Positions 36,935-50,069 are shown, counted from the first letter of the stretch. The stretch is DNA of 64,000 bases from Octopus sinensis (GCF_006345805.1 NC_043023.1:1922001-1986000); one strand, 5' to 3'. Made by a program: numbers and translations. The notes: generated from the letters alone by a model not told the origin.

Positions 36935-37729
36935 TATATACAACATATATGTATGTATATGTATATCATGTATGTCTATAATAATGTATATAAGAATATA
37001 TTATCATCTTTATGATCTAATCTCTCTATCTATCTATCTATCTATATCTATCTATATCTATATATCTATCTATCTATCTATCTATCTATATATCTATCTA
37101 TCTATATATCTATAGTCTCTATGTATTATGCTATATATTATATGTATATTGTGCATTATATTGTGTTGCGTTATATGTATACATATTTTTTTGAACATAC
37201 ATATTCATACACACACAAGCACATGCATGTATGTATAAATATATATATATTGATAAAAATGGTAAGACAACAAAATATATATATATATATATATACATGT
37301 AACTTAATATTTATAGCCATTTATTACATTATTCTAATACATATGCATTTATCAATGCCCACACACACACACACACACACACAACACACACAGATGTAAC
37401 GCGGTACGAAACAATAAAACACATGTAACTGAATTATTTGCAAACACATTAATAAAGATTACGCGCAAACTGACATAAAATAACCCATATACATAATACA
37501 TAAATATCTATATATATATATATATACATATGATATATATAGCAAATATCTTATACATTTCAACAATACATTAGATATATATATATATATATAATATATA
37601 TAAATGCATATACATTTTTTTCAATGTGTGTATATATATGATATATATATATATTATATATAATATATATATATATATAAATGCATATACATTTTAATGT
37701 GTGTATATAATATGCATATATATATATAT

Positions 37730-37771
<42 letters not shown>

Positions 37772-39306
37772 CATATACTTTTTTAATGGGTGTATATATA
37801 TATATGCATATATATATATATCTATATATATTATATATATATATAATATATAATATATATTACATATATTAATTATGTATATACATATATATGTATATAT
37901 ATATTATATATATATATGTGTTATATATATATATATGAATATATATTTATGTTTATATGTCTACATGTATATATACATATATATATACATATTTCCTTGT
38001 ATACACTCCTATGCAAGTAAACATACATACTCGCTTACGCATACACACGCACACACACTTTCACTCTCAAACACTCATGCACACTTGCATACGCGCATAA
38101 AAATGACAGCGTGTCCGCTGTGAGAAGGAAGCGAATATGGACATGACGATGATGCTGATGATGATGATGACGACGATGATGATGAGGCTGATGACGATGA
38201 TCATGATGATGACAAAACTGCTGTTGTTCAAGCTCCTGATGCTGCTGATGATGATGATGATGATGATGCTGTTGATGACAAAAATGAAGCCACAAGTGAT
38301 TGTGATGCTGATGGTGGAGATAGTAATGGTGGTGGTAATAGTGGCTGTAATGATGGTCGTAGTGGTGGTTGAGAAGGAGGTGGTGGTGGTGATGGTAGTG
38401 GTGGTTGTGAAGTGGTAGAGGTAGTAGTAGTGGTGGTTGTGATGGTGGTGGTGGTAGTGATGATGACAGTTGTGGTGGTGGTGGTAGCAGTGGTGATGGT
38501 AGTGGTGATGGTAGTGATGGTGGTGATGATGATGGTAGTGGTGGCCGTGATGGTGGTGTTAGTGGTGGTTGTGAAAGTGGTAGTGGTGGTTGTGATGGTG
38601 GTGGTGGTGGTAGTGATAATGGTAGTGGTGGCTGTGATGGTGGTGGTAGTTGTGGTTGTGAAAGTGGTAGTGGTGGTTGTGATGGTGGTGGTGGTGGTAG
38701 TGATAATGGTAGTGGTGGCTGTGATGGTGGTGGTAGTTGTGGTTGTGAAGGTGGTAGTGCAGATAGTAGGGTGGTGGTGGTAGTGGTGATGGTAGTGGTG
38801 GTTGTAAAGGTGGTAAAGGTAGTAGTAGTGGTGGTGGTGGTGGTGGTAGTAGTGGTGATTGTAAAGGTGATAGTGGTGAAGACGGCACTTGTGGTAGTTG
38901 TAATAGTTGTGATGGTAGTGGTTGTGCTGAAAGTGGTAGTTATAGCAGTGATCACAGTATCTGTTCTGGTGGTGGTGGTGGTGGTGGTGGTGGCTGTAAC
39001 GGTTGTGGTGGTGGTCGTCATCATCATCGTAGTGGTGGTGTTGATAGTTACGATGCTGTGTAAAAGAGCCATTAATTTTCTTACGTGTTGACGGTTTAAA
39101 ACCAAACGTTTATCCCAGATTTTTTACATAAAAAAAACGACAAAACAACAACAAAATCTGAAATACAAAACAATAAATAAGGCTCACAACACATGCATAT
39201 GCACAATTATACATATATACATACATACATATATATTATATATATATATATTATTGCACAAATATATGAACACACTTGATGCATCTGTGTATATATATAT
39301 ATATAT

Positions 39307-39369
<63 letters not shown>

Positions 39370-39454
39370 CATATATATACACACAAATATGTATGTATAT
39401 TATATTTGCATATGTGCATATATATGTATTTATATATATATACATACATGCATA

Positions 39455-39489
<35 letters not shown>

Positions 39490-39635
39490 GTATGATAATA
39501 AATGACTCTGTGTATATGTGTGTGTTGTGTGTGTGTATATGTGTGTGTGTATGTTTATATATATATGTATATTTATTTATATTTTAGTATTTTTTATAGT
39601 CCTCTCCTGTGTAAAATTTCTGTACCATATGCATG

Positions 39636-39667
<32 letters not shown>

Positions 39668-39950
39668 TGCATATAAGATATATAATATATATATACATAA
39701 ATACATATTATACATATATATATGTACATTATATATTACATATGTATATGTGTATATATATGAATATATGTATTTGTGCATATACACACACATATATACA
39801 CATATACACACATACATCTATATACATATACATACACATATATACACACACATACACACAAACATATATCCATATATCCACATATATACACTCGCATACA
39901 CACAAACATATATATCCATATATCCACATATCCACACACTGTAAAACCAG
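36600..39950. repeat. (TA)n, (GAT/GTG)n and (TA/CA)n low-complexity block
   Basis: Directly visible; source of the poly-T/V/H ORFs at 38.0-39.1 kb. Confidence 0.92.
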
Positions 39951-40435
39951 CCAGTCAACAGCTGTATAAAAATGTTTCCAAATTCACTTTCCTCTGCCTG
40001 AAAGATTTCCTAATTTAATTCTCGATAATTTATTTTGTAGAATTATCTTGTTGAATAAAATATTTTGGGTTTTATTCCATGTTCTTCTAAATGGCTCTGT
40101 TATTGTCATAGTGGCGGTGGGTGTGACTGTGCTGATGGCGGCAGTTTTCTGGAATGTGGTTGGCGGTGTTGGCTGGCTGGTTTGCCTGTGTGTGTATGAG
40201 TGCTTGTATGTGTATGTATTTTTATGTGTACATGTACATGTGTGTTTGCATATCTGTACATGCATATATATATGTGTATGTGTGTATGTGCGTGTGTGTG
40301 TAAAATTATACAAATATATATACATATACACACTCATGCAGATATCTTTATATATATACGTTTATATTAACAAATATATATGTATATATTTATAATAGCA
40401 TATAATATACAGACATGTACCCCTCTCTCTCTCTT

Positions 40436-40490
<55 letters not shown>

Positions 40491-40861
40491 AGGGATGATG
40501 GCTTATTTTTTCTGGACAGAAGAAGCAAAGTACAGTCAGAAAGACATAGCAGAAATTTCTTTAGACTTTTCAAAAAATTAGGATTAAACATTACTACGGG
40601 TAAAGATAATCGTAGGGTAAATTTTCTTAATGCTACCTTCTGTCTTGATACTGGATTATTTGAACCATTTCATAAGCCAAATGATTATATTAAGCACATT
40701 AGCATAGCTTCCGACTATCCACCTTCGATTATATGGCGACTAGTTAAGAATATTTCTGCTAGAATTTCTAGATTATCCGCTAATTATGAAATTTTCGAAT
40801 TACATGCAACTTATTATAATGCTGCTCTAGCTAGGGCTGGATACCCTGAAAAAAATTCAAT

Positions 40862-41272
40862 AGGTGTAGCAGTGGCTGTGTGGTAAGTAGCTGGCTTATC
40901 AACAACATGGTTCCGGGTTCAGTCCCACTGTGTAGCCCCTTGGGTAAGTGTCTTTTGCTGTAGCCTCAGGCCGACCAAAGCCTTTTGAGTGGATTTGGTA
41001 GGCGGAAACTGAAAGAAGCCCATCATATATATGTATATATATATCTATGTGTGTGTGTATATTTGTGTTTGTTCCCCCCTCCCCCCAAATTCGCTTGACA
41101 ACCGATGCTGGTGTGTTTACGTCCCTGTAACTTAGCAGTTCAGCAAAAGAGACCGATAGAGTAAATACTAGGCTTACAAAGAATAAGACTTGGGGGCGAT
41201 TTGCTCGACTAAAGGTGGTGCTCCAGCATGGCCACAGTCAAATGACTGAAACAAGTAAAAGATTAAAAGAGT
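40862..41272 (+). mobile_element. SINE family A inserted in the PLE ORF
   Basis: Family A motifs; PLE-like coding sequence resumes downstream of it. Confidence 0.9.
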
Positions 41273-42722
41273 ATATACAAGAAGCAGGCATACACAACAT
41301 TGGTAATTCCTGTAACTGTGATGCACATTGTACACTACCACAATGTTATGGTTTGAGAACTCACTCAGATAAAGAATACAGGCCAGAAAGAATTCGTCAT
41401 GTCAATGAACTACCAACGAAAACTCATAGACACACACGACATAATAATCCAACCGCTTGTTCCAATCCTGTACAACACACTCAATCAAATATCCTAACAA
41501 CAGATATAGGAACCAGGATGTCCTCTGGTTCAACCCAATATTTGGTGGAAAACTTTTTGCTTCTTTGGACAAATGTTTTCCTCAATCTAATTGGTATCAT
41601 GCTATTTTTTAATCGGTACACATTGAAGGTATCTTCGGCTAATTCTGATAATTTAGAGCAGTTTATGCATCACATAAACAATAGCAAAATGCGGCAAAGG
41701 TTCACTCACCTACCTACTGGATCTAGCAAACATTTGCAACTAAATACCAACCAAGGAGATGTAAACTGCAATGTTACACACCAATTACAACTGAATTGTA
41801 GTAGTAGAAATACTTATGAAACAGCTAATACGGTAACAGCACTGGTAAATGGAGTTGGGACTGCCTTTATATGTAGATAAATACAATAAATGCTCATGCA
41901 GAGATAAATCAAAATGTCCTTTGATGAACCTCTGTAAGAGTACAAATCTTGTATATAAATGTACTGTGCACACAAGTGGAGAGGCATATGTTTACATTAG
42001 GCAGATGGCTGATTCATTTAAGAATCGTTATCATAACCATGTTGCCAGCTTTAAGACAATCAATCAGAGACATTCAACATCTTTGGCAGGTTTTGTATCG
42101 TGACTGAAGGAGGAGAAAACGAAGTACAGCATTAATTTGTCCATAGTAAAGTATGTGAAACCATACAATACAATTTCCAGGAGATGCCGTCTCTGCTCCA
42201 AAGAATCCCTGTCTATTCTGTGGACTAACAAGAAGATACTTAATAGAATTTCTGAACGACTCTCAAGATACCTACACGCATATAAACATACTTTTGCACA
42301 AATGCAGTGAGAATGAATTTTGAGTAACCATTAACAGAATCTAAGTTACCTTAATGCATGGATGACTTAAGTTTACTTTTAACTTCCCTATTCTTACAAA
42401 TATCAAGTAGATAGCTTGTTTTGTGATCATGAGTGCACCAAACCTCATGTGTGTGTATGCTCATATTTTCATGCATGCTTGTATGAGTGTGTACTCCTGC
42501 CATGCAGCTTACCCAAGGGCGTTTCTACATCCATATCTGTTAACAGTTATTTTTAATACTTTTCTTGCTGGATTGAGTGTTCATTTCCCTTTTTCTCTCA
42601 TCTGTGATTTTATTTTTCATCTTCTGTATAAATGAAGATATTTCCTCTGTCTGGCTGCTTTTCTCTCTACAAAACGGAAAGTTACATTGCGGAACTGTTA
42701 TTTTAATGAGTTGTATTTATAT

Positions 42723-42828
42723 ATCACCTGTCGAGATACATCTGCACCACCGGATACTCCTGAACCAGTTGTTGAGTTTCCCACCCAGGAGGGGTCAATG
42801 TTAGATGTGTCAAAACAGCTGTCATGAT
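42723..42828 (+). ncRNA. Type-I hammerhead-like motif (A6U class) with extended stem II, in the PLE 3' region
   Basis: ATCAC-CTGTCGA-GATACATCT..(CTCCTG/CAGGAG inner stem)..AGATGTGTC-AAAA-CAGCTG-TC-ATGAT. Stem III is palindromic (ACAGCTGT); G12 is mutated. Confidence 0.6.
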
Positions 42829-42862
42829 TAATAATAAATTTTTGAATATTCCATCTTACATT

Positions 42863-42903
<41 letters not shown>

Positions 42904-43353
42904 TAATTTAGGGTATCTAATTGATATAAAAACAGAAATATTAATAAACCATTTTTTGATGCCAACCTGCATGTGACCACCCCTAGTTCTGCGATACAAA
43001 CTACAAACATTTTATTTCAGTGTAATCTAAATTAAAATCTTCCATCAAAATTTTGTTCCAAACACTGCTTCGTTACTAAATAGCAGCACTAGTGCTGTAT
43101 GAACATTTAATGTGGTTTTAGAGTCAAGTTTTGGCTGCTATTTCCAGTGTGGTGGTATCTCTTAGATACCTTAAATTATAATTTTAATAATAATTACCCT
43201 TGAAGGTTTTTATTCCCATGCTGGCCACTTGATAAGATCAATATTTAAATTAACGATCTTATCCTTATTTATAGGAATTTATATATATAGTATATATATA
43301 TATATATTATATAATATAATATATATATATATATATAATATTATATATATATA

Positions 43354-43391
<38 letters not shown>

Positions 43392-43476
43392 GTAGGTCCC
43401 GGGTTGATTCGGGGTTAACACAGTAAATAAGGTCCTCAATACATAGCAGAGTAAAATTAATTTATTATATAGAAGG

Positions 43477-43527
43477 AGCTTCTACAGGACTAGAACTGTT
43501 TCATTCAAGAGAAATCATCAGGAAGCT
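43477..43527 (-). ncRNA. Type-I hammerhead ribozyme candidate (canonical core)
   Basis: Reverse complement of 44184-44234. Confidence 0.68.
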
Positions 43528-44183
43528 AGTTAACAAGAATTGTATTGGCATTTATACATTTAGGCAGGTTTAAAGGGGTGGTGGTGGGGGACTTTTTGGG
43601 GGTAGGCATAGCGCAAAAATATCATACTTGGGGGAGTGGTCAAGGAGTCAGTGGTAAATTAGATAAAAGAATAAATAAAAGAATAAAAAAATATATATAG
43701 AAGAATAGAGTTTTAGGTAAATAAGGAGATTCTCACTTATACATATACACATATGTATATATATATACACACACACACACACATATACATACACACATAC
43801 ATACACACACACACATATATATATACATATATATACACACACATATATATACACATATATATATATATACACATATATACATATATATGCATATATATAC
43901 ACACACACACATGTATATATACACACACGACCACACATACATATACACACAAAAATATATACATACACACACATACACATACACACATACACACACACAC
44001 ATATCCACATACACACATGCACACACAAGTGTTTATTTATTCTTTTATCTAATTTACCACTGACTCCTTGACCACTCCCCCAAGTATGATATTTTTGCGC
44101 TATGCCTACCCCCAAAAAGTCCCCCACCACCACCCCTTTAAACCTGCCTAAATGTATAAATGCCAATACAATTCTTGTTAACT

Positions 44184-44234
44184 AGCTTCCTGATGATTTC
44201 TCTTGAATGAAACAGTTCTAGTCCTGTAGAAGCT
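44184..44234 (+). ncRNA. Type-I hammerhead ribozyme candidate (canonical core)
   Basis: AGCTTC-CTGATGA-TTTC-TCTT-GAAT-GAAA-CAG-TTCTAGTC-CTGT-A-GAAGCT. Stem I has 6 bp, stem III 4 bp, the cleavage triplet is GUA, and there is a U-U mismatch at the base of stem II. Confidence 0.68.
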
Positions 44235-44247
44235 CCTTCTATATAAT

Positions 44248-44287
<40 letters not shown>

Positions 44288-44756
44288 CATACATACATAC
44301 ATACATACATACATACATGTGTTTGTGTGTATATCTTTTATGTTTTACTTGTTTCAAACATTGGACAGTAGCCAAGCTGGAGCACTGCCCAGAAGTAATT
44401 TTGTCAAAGAAGTCAATCCTAGTATTTATTTATCAAGAGGTAGAAATACCTAACAGTAAATAAGTTTTATAAACAAAAAATAACTGTCCATGCTGTGGCT
44501 GGATAGGTTTATCTTCCTTACATAGGCTCCAGAGGTGGTGATATTCAAAGGAGCTGTGGTGGGATTATTTAACAAATGGGCTATTATAAGTCTGAAGTAG
44601 GAGGCATTTTAGATGAGGGCATTTTAGATGAGACTGAATACGTCTTCCCTCAAGTTTATAAAGATCTCTGGGTTGATCGACTTTTTTAGGATTCTTCCTC
44701 TCTTTGTCTAGCAAAGCTTATATTGTTTGTAAACTTTATTTGGTATAGAGGGCAAG

Positions 44757-44788
<32 letters not shown>

Positions 44789-44942
44789 TACACACATCTG
44801 TTGTGTTACTTGTTTCATAAATATAAGAAAATGAACACTTACAAAGAATAAGTCCTGGGGCCAGTTTGCTCGACTAAAGGCGGTGCTCCAGCATGGCCAC
44901 AGTCAAATGACTGAAACAAGTAAAAGAGTAAAGCATAAGAAT

Positions 44943-45074
44943 ATAATTATATCAAGGGGTCAGCTTTATGCTTCACCAATCACTGTAAGAAATAGAGGCT
45001 AAAGTCCTTTTTACTATCTTAAGGTAGTAAAAGGTGCATAGTGAGACATAAAGCTGACCCCTTGTTATAATTAT
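44943..45074. repeat. Short foldback / MITE-like element with ~34-bp inverted arms
   Basis: ATAATTATATCAAGGGGTCAGCTTTATGCTTCAC versus GTGAGACATAAAGCTGACCCCTTGTTATAATTAT. Confidence 0.75.
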
Positions 45075-45089
45075 GTATATAATTATAAA

Positions 45090-45466
45090 ATACTAGCAGT
45101 ATCGCCCGGCGTTGCTCGGGTTTGTTTTGACCCTTTAGAATTGGAATTTTTGCGTTATGTAGCTTGTTATTCTCTTTAAGTGAACATTTTGCTGGTTGAA
45201 ATACACCAAAAAATGGCGACACAGCAGTCAAAAAAATCATAGAAAATAGGGATTTTCATAGAATAAAAAAGCACCTTTTTGATGTAAATAATTTTTGGTG
45301 TTAACATGGTCTGATTTGAATTTTATCTTCTACTGAATGAAGAGCAAACCTTCTTGTATCATACTCTCAATTTTGGTCAACTTGCGTCACAGGGTCTCAG
45401 AGGAGATAGTGTTAGTTGAAGGCTACCAAACCTGCCACACACAGACAATTTCAGCTCTATATATAG
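45090..45466 (+). mobile_element. Helentron/Helitron-associated non-autonomous element (HINE/Lep1-like)
   Basis: Starts ATACTAGCAG with hairpin CCCGGCGTTGCTCGGG and ends CACACAGACAATTTCAGCTCTATATATAG. These ends resemble known HINE-type ends. Confidence 0.65.
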
Positions 45467-45473
45467 AGAGATT

Positions 45474-45562
<89 letters not shown>

Positions 45563-45764
45563 TTGTATGTATATATATCCAAAACTAATACAAGGAATAT
45601 GGAAATTGGTGCATCTTCAAACTTTTATTTTAATTTAACAGCTAATTATACCACATAATTACTTAGTTAAAATGACTGACACATGTGATATGGTCAGCTG
45701 TAACCTGGACAATCACTGAGACTACTTATCGTGTCCACGAAGATAATTTAGCCCTTTATATTCA

Positions 45765-45806
<42 letters not shown>

Positions 45807-46153
45807 TATATAGGTAATTAAGGTAAGTTCCAGCTGTTTCCTCTTGAAGCACATCTACTTATTCCATTATCACAATTAATATGTATCTATAATTAGTCTT
45901 GTATGTAAATTAAAATATACATTAAAATTGAGGAATATGGAAATATTATTTGCAGATTTGTTGAATAAACAAAACAAGAAAATGGGAAATTTTTGGCATT
46001 ATTTCTTCTCCTTGGCACCTGTTTCGCTTTCCAATAAGAATTGCAAAGATTTACATGTCTCTTACTCTTTTACTTGTTTCAGTCATTTGACTGTGGCCAT
46101 GCTGGAGCACCGCCTTTAGTCGAGCAAATCAACCCCTGGACTTATTCTTTGCA

Positions 46154-46899
46154 AAATTATTTCTATGCCAATATGCTGATAACAGACTTTTAAATCGTCA
46201 ATTTCCACATGTTATTTACTCGCCACAGAAAAAACACGAAGAGCTGAAATTGAGGGAAGCCGGCCACAGTGTGTCTGATCCTGGAACCATGTGGCTGGTA
46301 AGCAAGCTACATACCACACAGCCACTCCTGTACTTACAGGGACATAAACACACCAGCATCTGTTGTCAAGCAATGGTGGGGGGACAGACACAGACACACA
46401 AACACACATATATACGATGGGCTTCTTTCAGTTTCCGTCTACCAAATCCACTCACAAGGCTTTGGTTGGCCTGAGGCTATAGTTGTATATACTTGCCCAA
46501 GGTGCCACGCAGTGCGACTGAACCTGGAACCATGTGGTTGGTAAGCAAGGTACTTACCACACAGCCACTCCTATGCATGTCTATATAATATGTAAATATT
46601 TTGTGATTCCTATTGGAAAATGAAACATGTGTAATGGAGATTCAATACCAAAAGATTTCCGGTTTTTGGCAGTGCTCCAGCATGGCCACAGTCAAATGAC
46701 TGAAGCAATTAAAAGATAGGTACAGGAGTGGCTGTGTGGTATGTAGCTTGCTTACCAACCACATGGTTCCAGGCTCAGACATACTGCGGCCGGCTTCCCT
46801 CAATTTCAGCTCTTCGTGCTTTTTCTACAGTGAGTAAATTACATGTGGAAATTGACGATTTAAAAGTCTGTTATCAGCATATTGGCATAGAAATAATTT
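46154..46899. repeat. Inverted duplication (~180-bp arms 46154-46333 and 46720-46899) of a SINE-A head fused to unique DNA
   Basis: Both arms share the non-SINE sequence GCCAATATGCTGATAACAGACTTTTAAATCGTC and the same junction to the SINE head. Confidence 0.85.
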
Positions 46900-47454
46900 T
46901 CTTTAGCCCTTATTTATATGTTGTTTATAATTTTAACCGTAAAGGTATTTTAATATTCTGCCACATTTTTTGATGGGATTTTTTTCTGTAGAGAAAAAAA
47001 ACTTCATCCTATATTAGTAGTACATATATATATATATATAGATATATATATATATATATATATAACAAAGGGGAGTTGTAAGGTACTGCACGAGTGGAAT
47101 TATATATGAAAGAAGGTTTGAAAATGCAATTTTAAAGAAACATCTTTTAAAATTGCATTTTCAAACCTTCTTTCACATATATATATAATATATATTTCTT
47201 GACCACACAGCGATGATCATAGCAAGCAAGCTAAGAATTCTCATTTCATCTCTTCCTGACTCTTGTACTACACACATACATTTGCTGCTAACCCTTAAAT
47301 GTTCGAATCTATTCACTAATTCTGCTTGTTCTTAAATATAACCCTTTAATTTGTTTATCCCCTCGGTACCAAGTTAATTTGTTCGTTACTCTGTTCATTT
47401 CTTCAAACCCCGATTTTTTCTAAGTCTACTGCCCCAATCAAAATCTTCGCAGCC

Positions 47455-48193
47455 CGCCATTCGTTCGCGGTTCGCCCGCCCTCCTCCCACCCCCACCACC
47501 CATACCGGAGAACACTCTGTTTACACCATCCCTCCGGATATATCCCCTCTACCACCGCCACCACTACGTGTCTGTTCCTCCTACCCCTCCTCCTCAATAT
47601 ACTTTCTCATTATGTATTTTACCCCTGCCTCTCTCCCCCTGGACAGAAGCAGCTAGCGCTGCAGCTCATCAAACGTCCCACTTAACTGTTATCTTATGTT
47701 CCTCCTGTTTTGAAATGTGTCACTGCCTCAACCGGCTATCTCCTTCCAGCCCCCTCCCCCACTCTTGATTCCTACGTTTTACTTCCTACTTTTCATTCTG
47801 TCTAGAACCTGCCACCAACCCTACCTGTCATCGTTTCTCTTTACCCCAAACCTTCCCCACTGGTGCTCCCCTATATTACATGCACCCCCCACCACTCTCT
47901 CTCCCTCTCCCTCTCTCCTCTCTGCCGGAACCCTCCCCCCCCGCCGCAATGCAACGAAAAAAGGCAATAACCGATTGTGGCCGATGCCAGACCCCTCTGG
48001 CACCTGTGCAGGTGGCACGTAAAAAGCACCCACTACACTCGCGGAGTGGTTGGCGTTAGGAAGGGCATCCAGCTGTAGAAAAAAACTGCCAGATCAGACT
48101 GGAGCCTGGGGCAGTCCCTGCTCCCCAGACCCCGGTCAAACCGTCCAACCCGTGCTAGCGCGGAAAACGGACATTAAACGATGATGATGATGA
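47455..48193 (+). mobile_element. Bipartite RTE-derived non-autonomous element (RTE-like 5' motif + non-coding middle + RTE 3' tail)
   Basis: 47465-47508 TCGCGGTTCGCCCGCCCTCCTCCCACCCCC resembles the 5' motif of the RTE at 28183-28218 (minus). The 3' tail 47990-48193 is of family-C type. Confidence 0.55.
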
Positions 48194-48229
48194 TAGAGGA
48201 GAGAGAGAGAGGGGGGGGAAGAGTCCCTT

Positions 48230-48537
48230 CGGTCATGAATGACCATGGGATTGCACCTAGAAAGTACCCCTCTGTGGCATAAGTCTGGGCAAGGTTGTTT
48301 ATGGAAGACCAACAGTCACCCATGCATACCAGCCTCCCCTCTCCAAGCCACTAGTGTTATCCAAGGGAAAGGCAAAGGGGCTGATACAGCTTGCCACCTG
48401 TGACATTGCAACTTAGTTCTACAGCTGAGTGAACTGGAGCAATATGAGATAAAGTGTCTTGCTCAAGAACACAGCCTGGTACAGGAATCGAACTCACAAC
48501 CTCATGATTGTGAGCCTGATGCTCTAACCACTGAGCC
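48230..48537 (-). mobile_element. tRNA-head CORE-type SINE
   Basis: Minus strand: TGGCTCAGTGGTTAGAGCATCAGGCTCAC..GAGTTCGATTCCTG..GTTCTTGAGCAAGACACTTTATCTC. Confidence 0.75.
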
Positions 48538-49262
48538 ATTTCAATTTCTATCTACCAAATCCACTCACAAGGCTTTGGTCAGCCCGAGGCTAGAATAGAA
48601 GCCATTTGTCCAAGATGCCATGCAGGGGGATTGAATCCAGAACCATGTGGTTGGGAAGCAGACTTCTTACCACACAGCTACCCCAGATGATGGGTTTTTT
48701 TTTGTAATCAATTTGTGATTTATTAAAATTAATTAACTCTTTTGTTACCATATTCTTGTTGAAATGTGCTGCCTTTGTTTCATTTGTGAAAATAATGGAA
48801 AATTTAGTAACGAAGCAGTGTTTGGAACAGAATTTTGATGGAAGATTTTAATTTAGATTACACTCAAATAAAATGTTTGTAGTTTGTATCGCAGAACTAG
48901 GGGTGGTCACATGCAGGTTGGCATTAAAAAATGGTTTATTAATATTTCTGTTTTTATATCAATGTTTCGGAAAAAAAAAAAAATGAGCTTAAAAAAGAAT
49001 TCCAGACTTCCATTAAAAACAATGCTGCGAGAAATCATTTATTTATGTCAGTCATTCGACTGAGGCCATGCTGGAGCACTGCCTTGAAGTATTTTAAGTA
49101 GGATGAATTCACCCCGGGTCTAGTTAAAAGGAATGTGAAGACGCAGGCTGAAAAAGCGGAGCATTTTCCAGTTGGAATCGGATGTAGAGGATCCATTGGA
49201 TACAGCGTCAGGTGACTGTTGTTATCGTTTGGCCTAACTCATCGTAAAGTAAATACCACCAT

Positions 49263-49782
49263 GGAGGCAGATGGCCTAGTGGTTAGAGCAGCGGACTTGC
49301 AGTTGCGGGATCGCAGGTTCGATCTCAGACCGGGCAATCTGTGAGTTTATGAGCAAAACACCTAAGCTCCACGCGGCTCCGGTAGAAGGTAATGGCAAAC
49401 TTCACTTTTACTCTTTTACTTGTTTCAGTCATTTGACTGCAGCCATGCTGGAGCACTGCCTTTAGTAGAGGGAATTGACCCCCAGGACTTATTCTTTGTA
49501 AGCCTAGTACTTATTCTATTAGTCTGTTTTTGCTGAACCGCTAAGTTACAGGGACATAAACACACCAGCATCGGTTGTCAAGCAATGTTGGGGGGACAAA
49601 CACATACACATATATATATACTGCTGACTCTTTTGCCACAAATTTCTCTCACTCTTTCCTCCTGCATCTTGCAGCTCACCTGCGACGGACCAGTGTCCCG
49701 TCCAGGTGGGGAACCTATATGCCAAGAAAACCAGGAAACCGGCCCTTATGAGCTAGGCATGGCTCGAGAAGGAACAAACAAA
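49263..49782 (+). mobile_element. SINE family D variant interrupted by a SINE A 3' half (49405-49610, minus)
   Basis: The head and the tail (CTGACTCTTTTGCCAC..GAAGGAACAAAC) join to match 60781-61088. Confidence 0.8.
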
Positions 49783-50069
49783 AAATACCACCATGAGTGA
49801 TATCCAAAATACAGTGGAAAAGGTTAGTGACTGGATTTGGTTAAAAAGAGATGGTGTGCAATGATGCTGTTGAGAGGTAGGCCCTGAAATGATGTGCATT
49901 CTCTCCTGATGACCCCATACACTTGCTGGCTTCTGGTATGTGGAGCTTTCGACTGATAGCATTTGCATGTGCAAGTTGTTTGCAAGACATCACTGCCTTA
50001 CCATTTTCTATTACGGTCTTCCCTCTTGTCATCATCATGATTTAATGATCACTCTCCATGCTGGTATAT

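Larger units (their letters stand above)
40488..42828 (+). mobile_element. Penelope-like element remnant: RT C-half + linker + GIY-YIG (frameshifted) + 3' region with hammerhead
   Basis: YRDDGL at 40488, then VNFLNATFCLDTGLFEPFHKPN..YPPSI..ISRLS..YNAALARAGY; after the SINE, RNQDVLWFNP and FNRYTLKVS; then CSCRDKSKCPLMNLCKSTNLVYKCTV..YVYIRQMADSFKNRYHNH and CRLC; stop at 42308-42310. 5'-truncated into (TA)n. Confidence 0.92.
43461..44250. repeat. Apparently perfect 219-bp inverted repeat (43461-43679 / 44032-44250) around a microsatellite spacer
   Basis: I found no mismatches between the arms by eye. Confidence 0.93.

Noticed and set aside
38035-39105. 356-aa mucin-like Thr/Pro/His ORF
   Set aside because: It is a (GTG/GAT)n repeat whose composition changes with register shifts, with no signal peptide or flanking domain.
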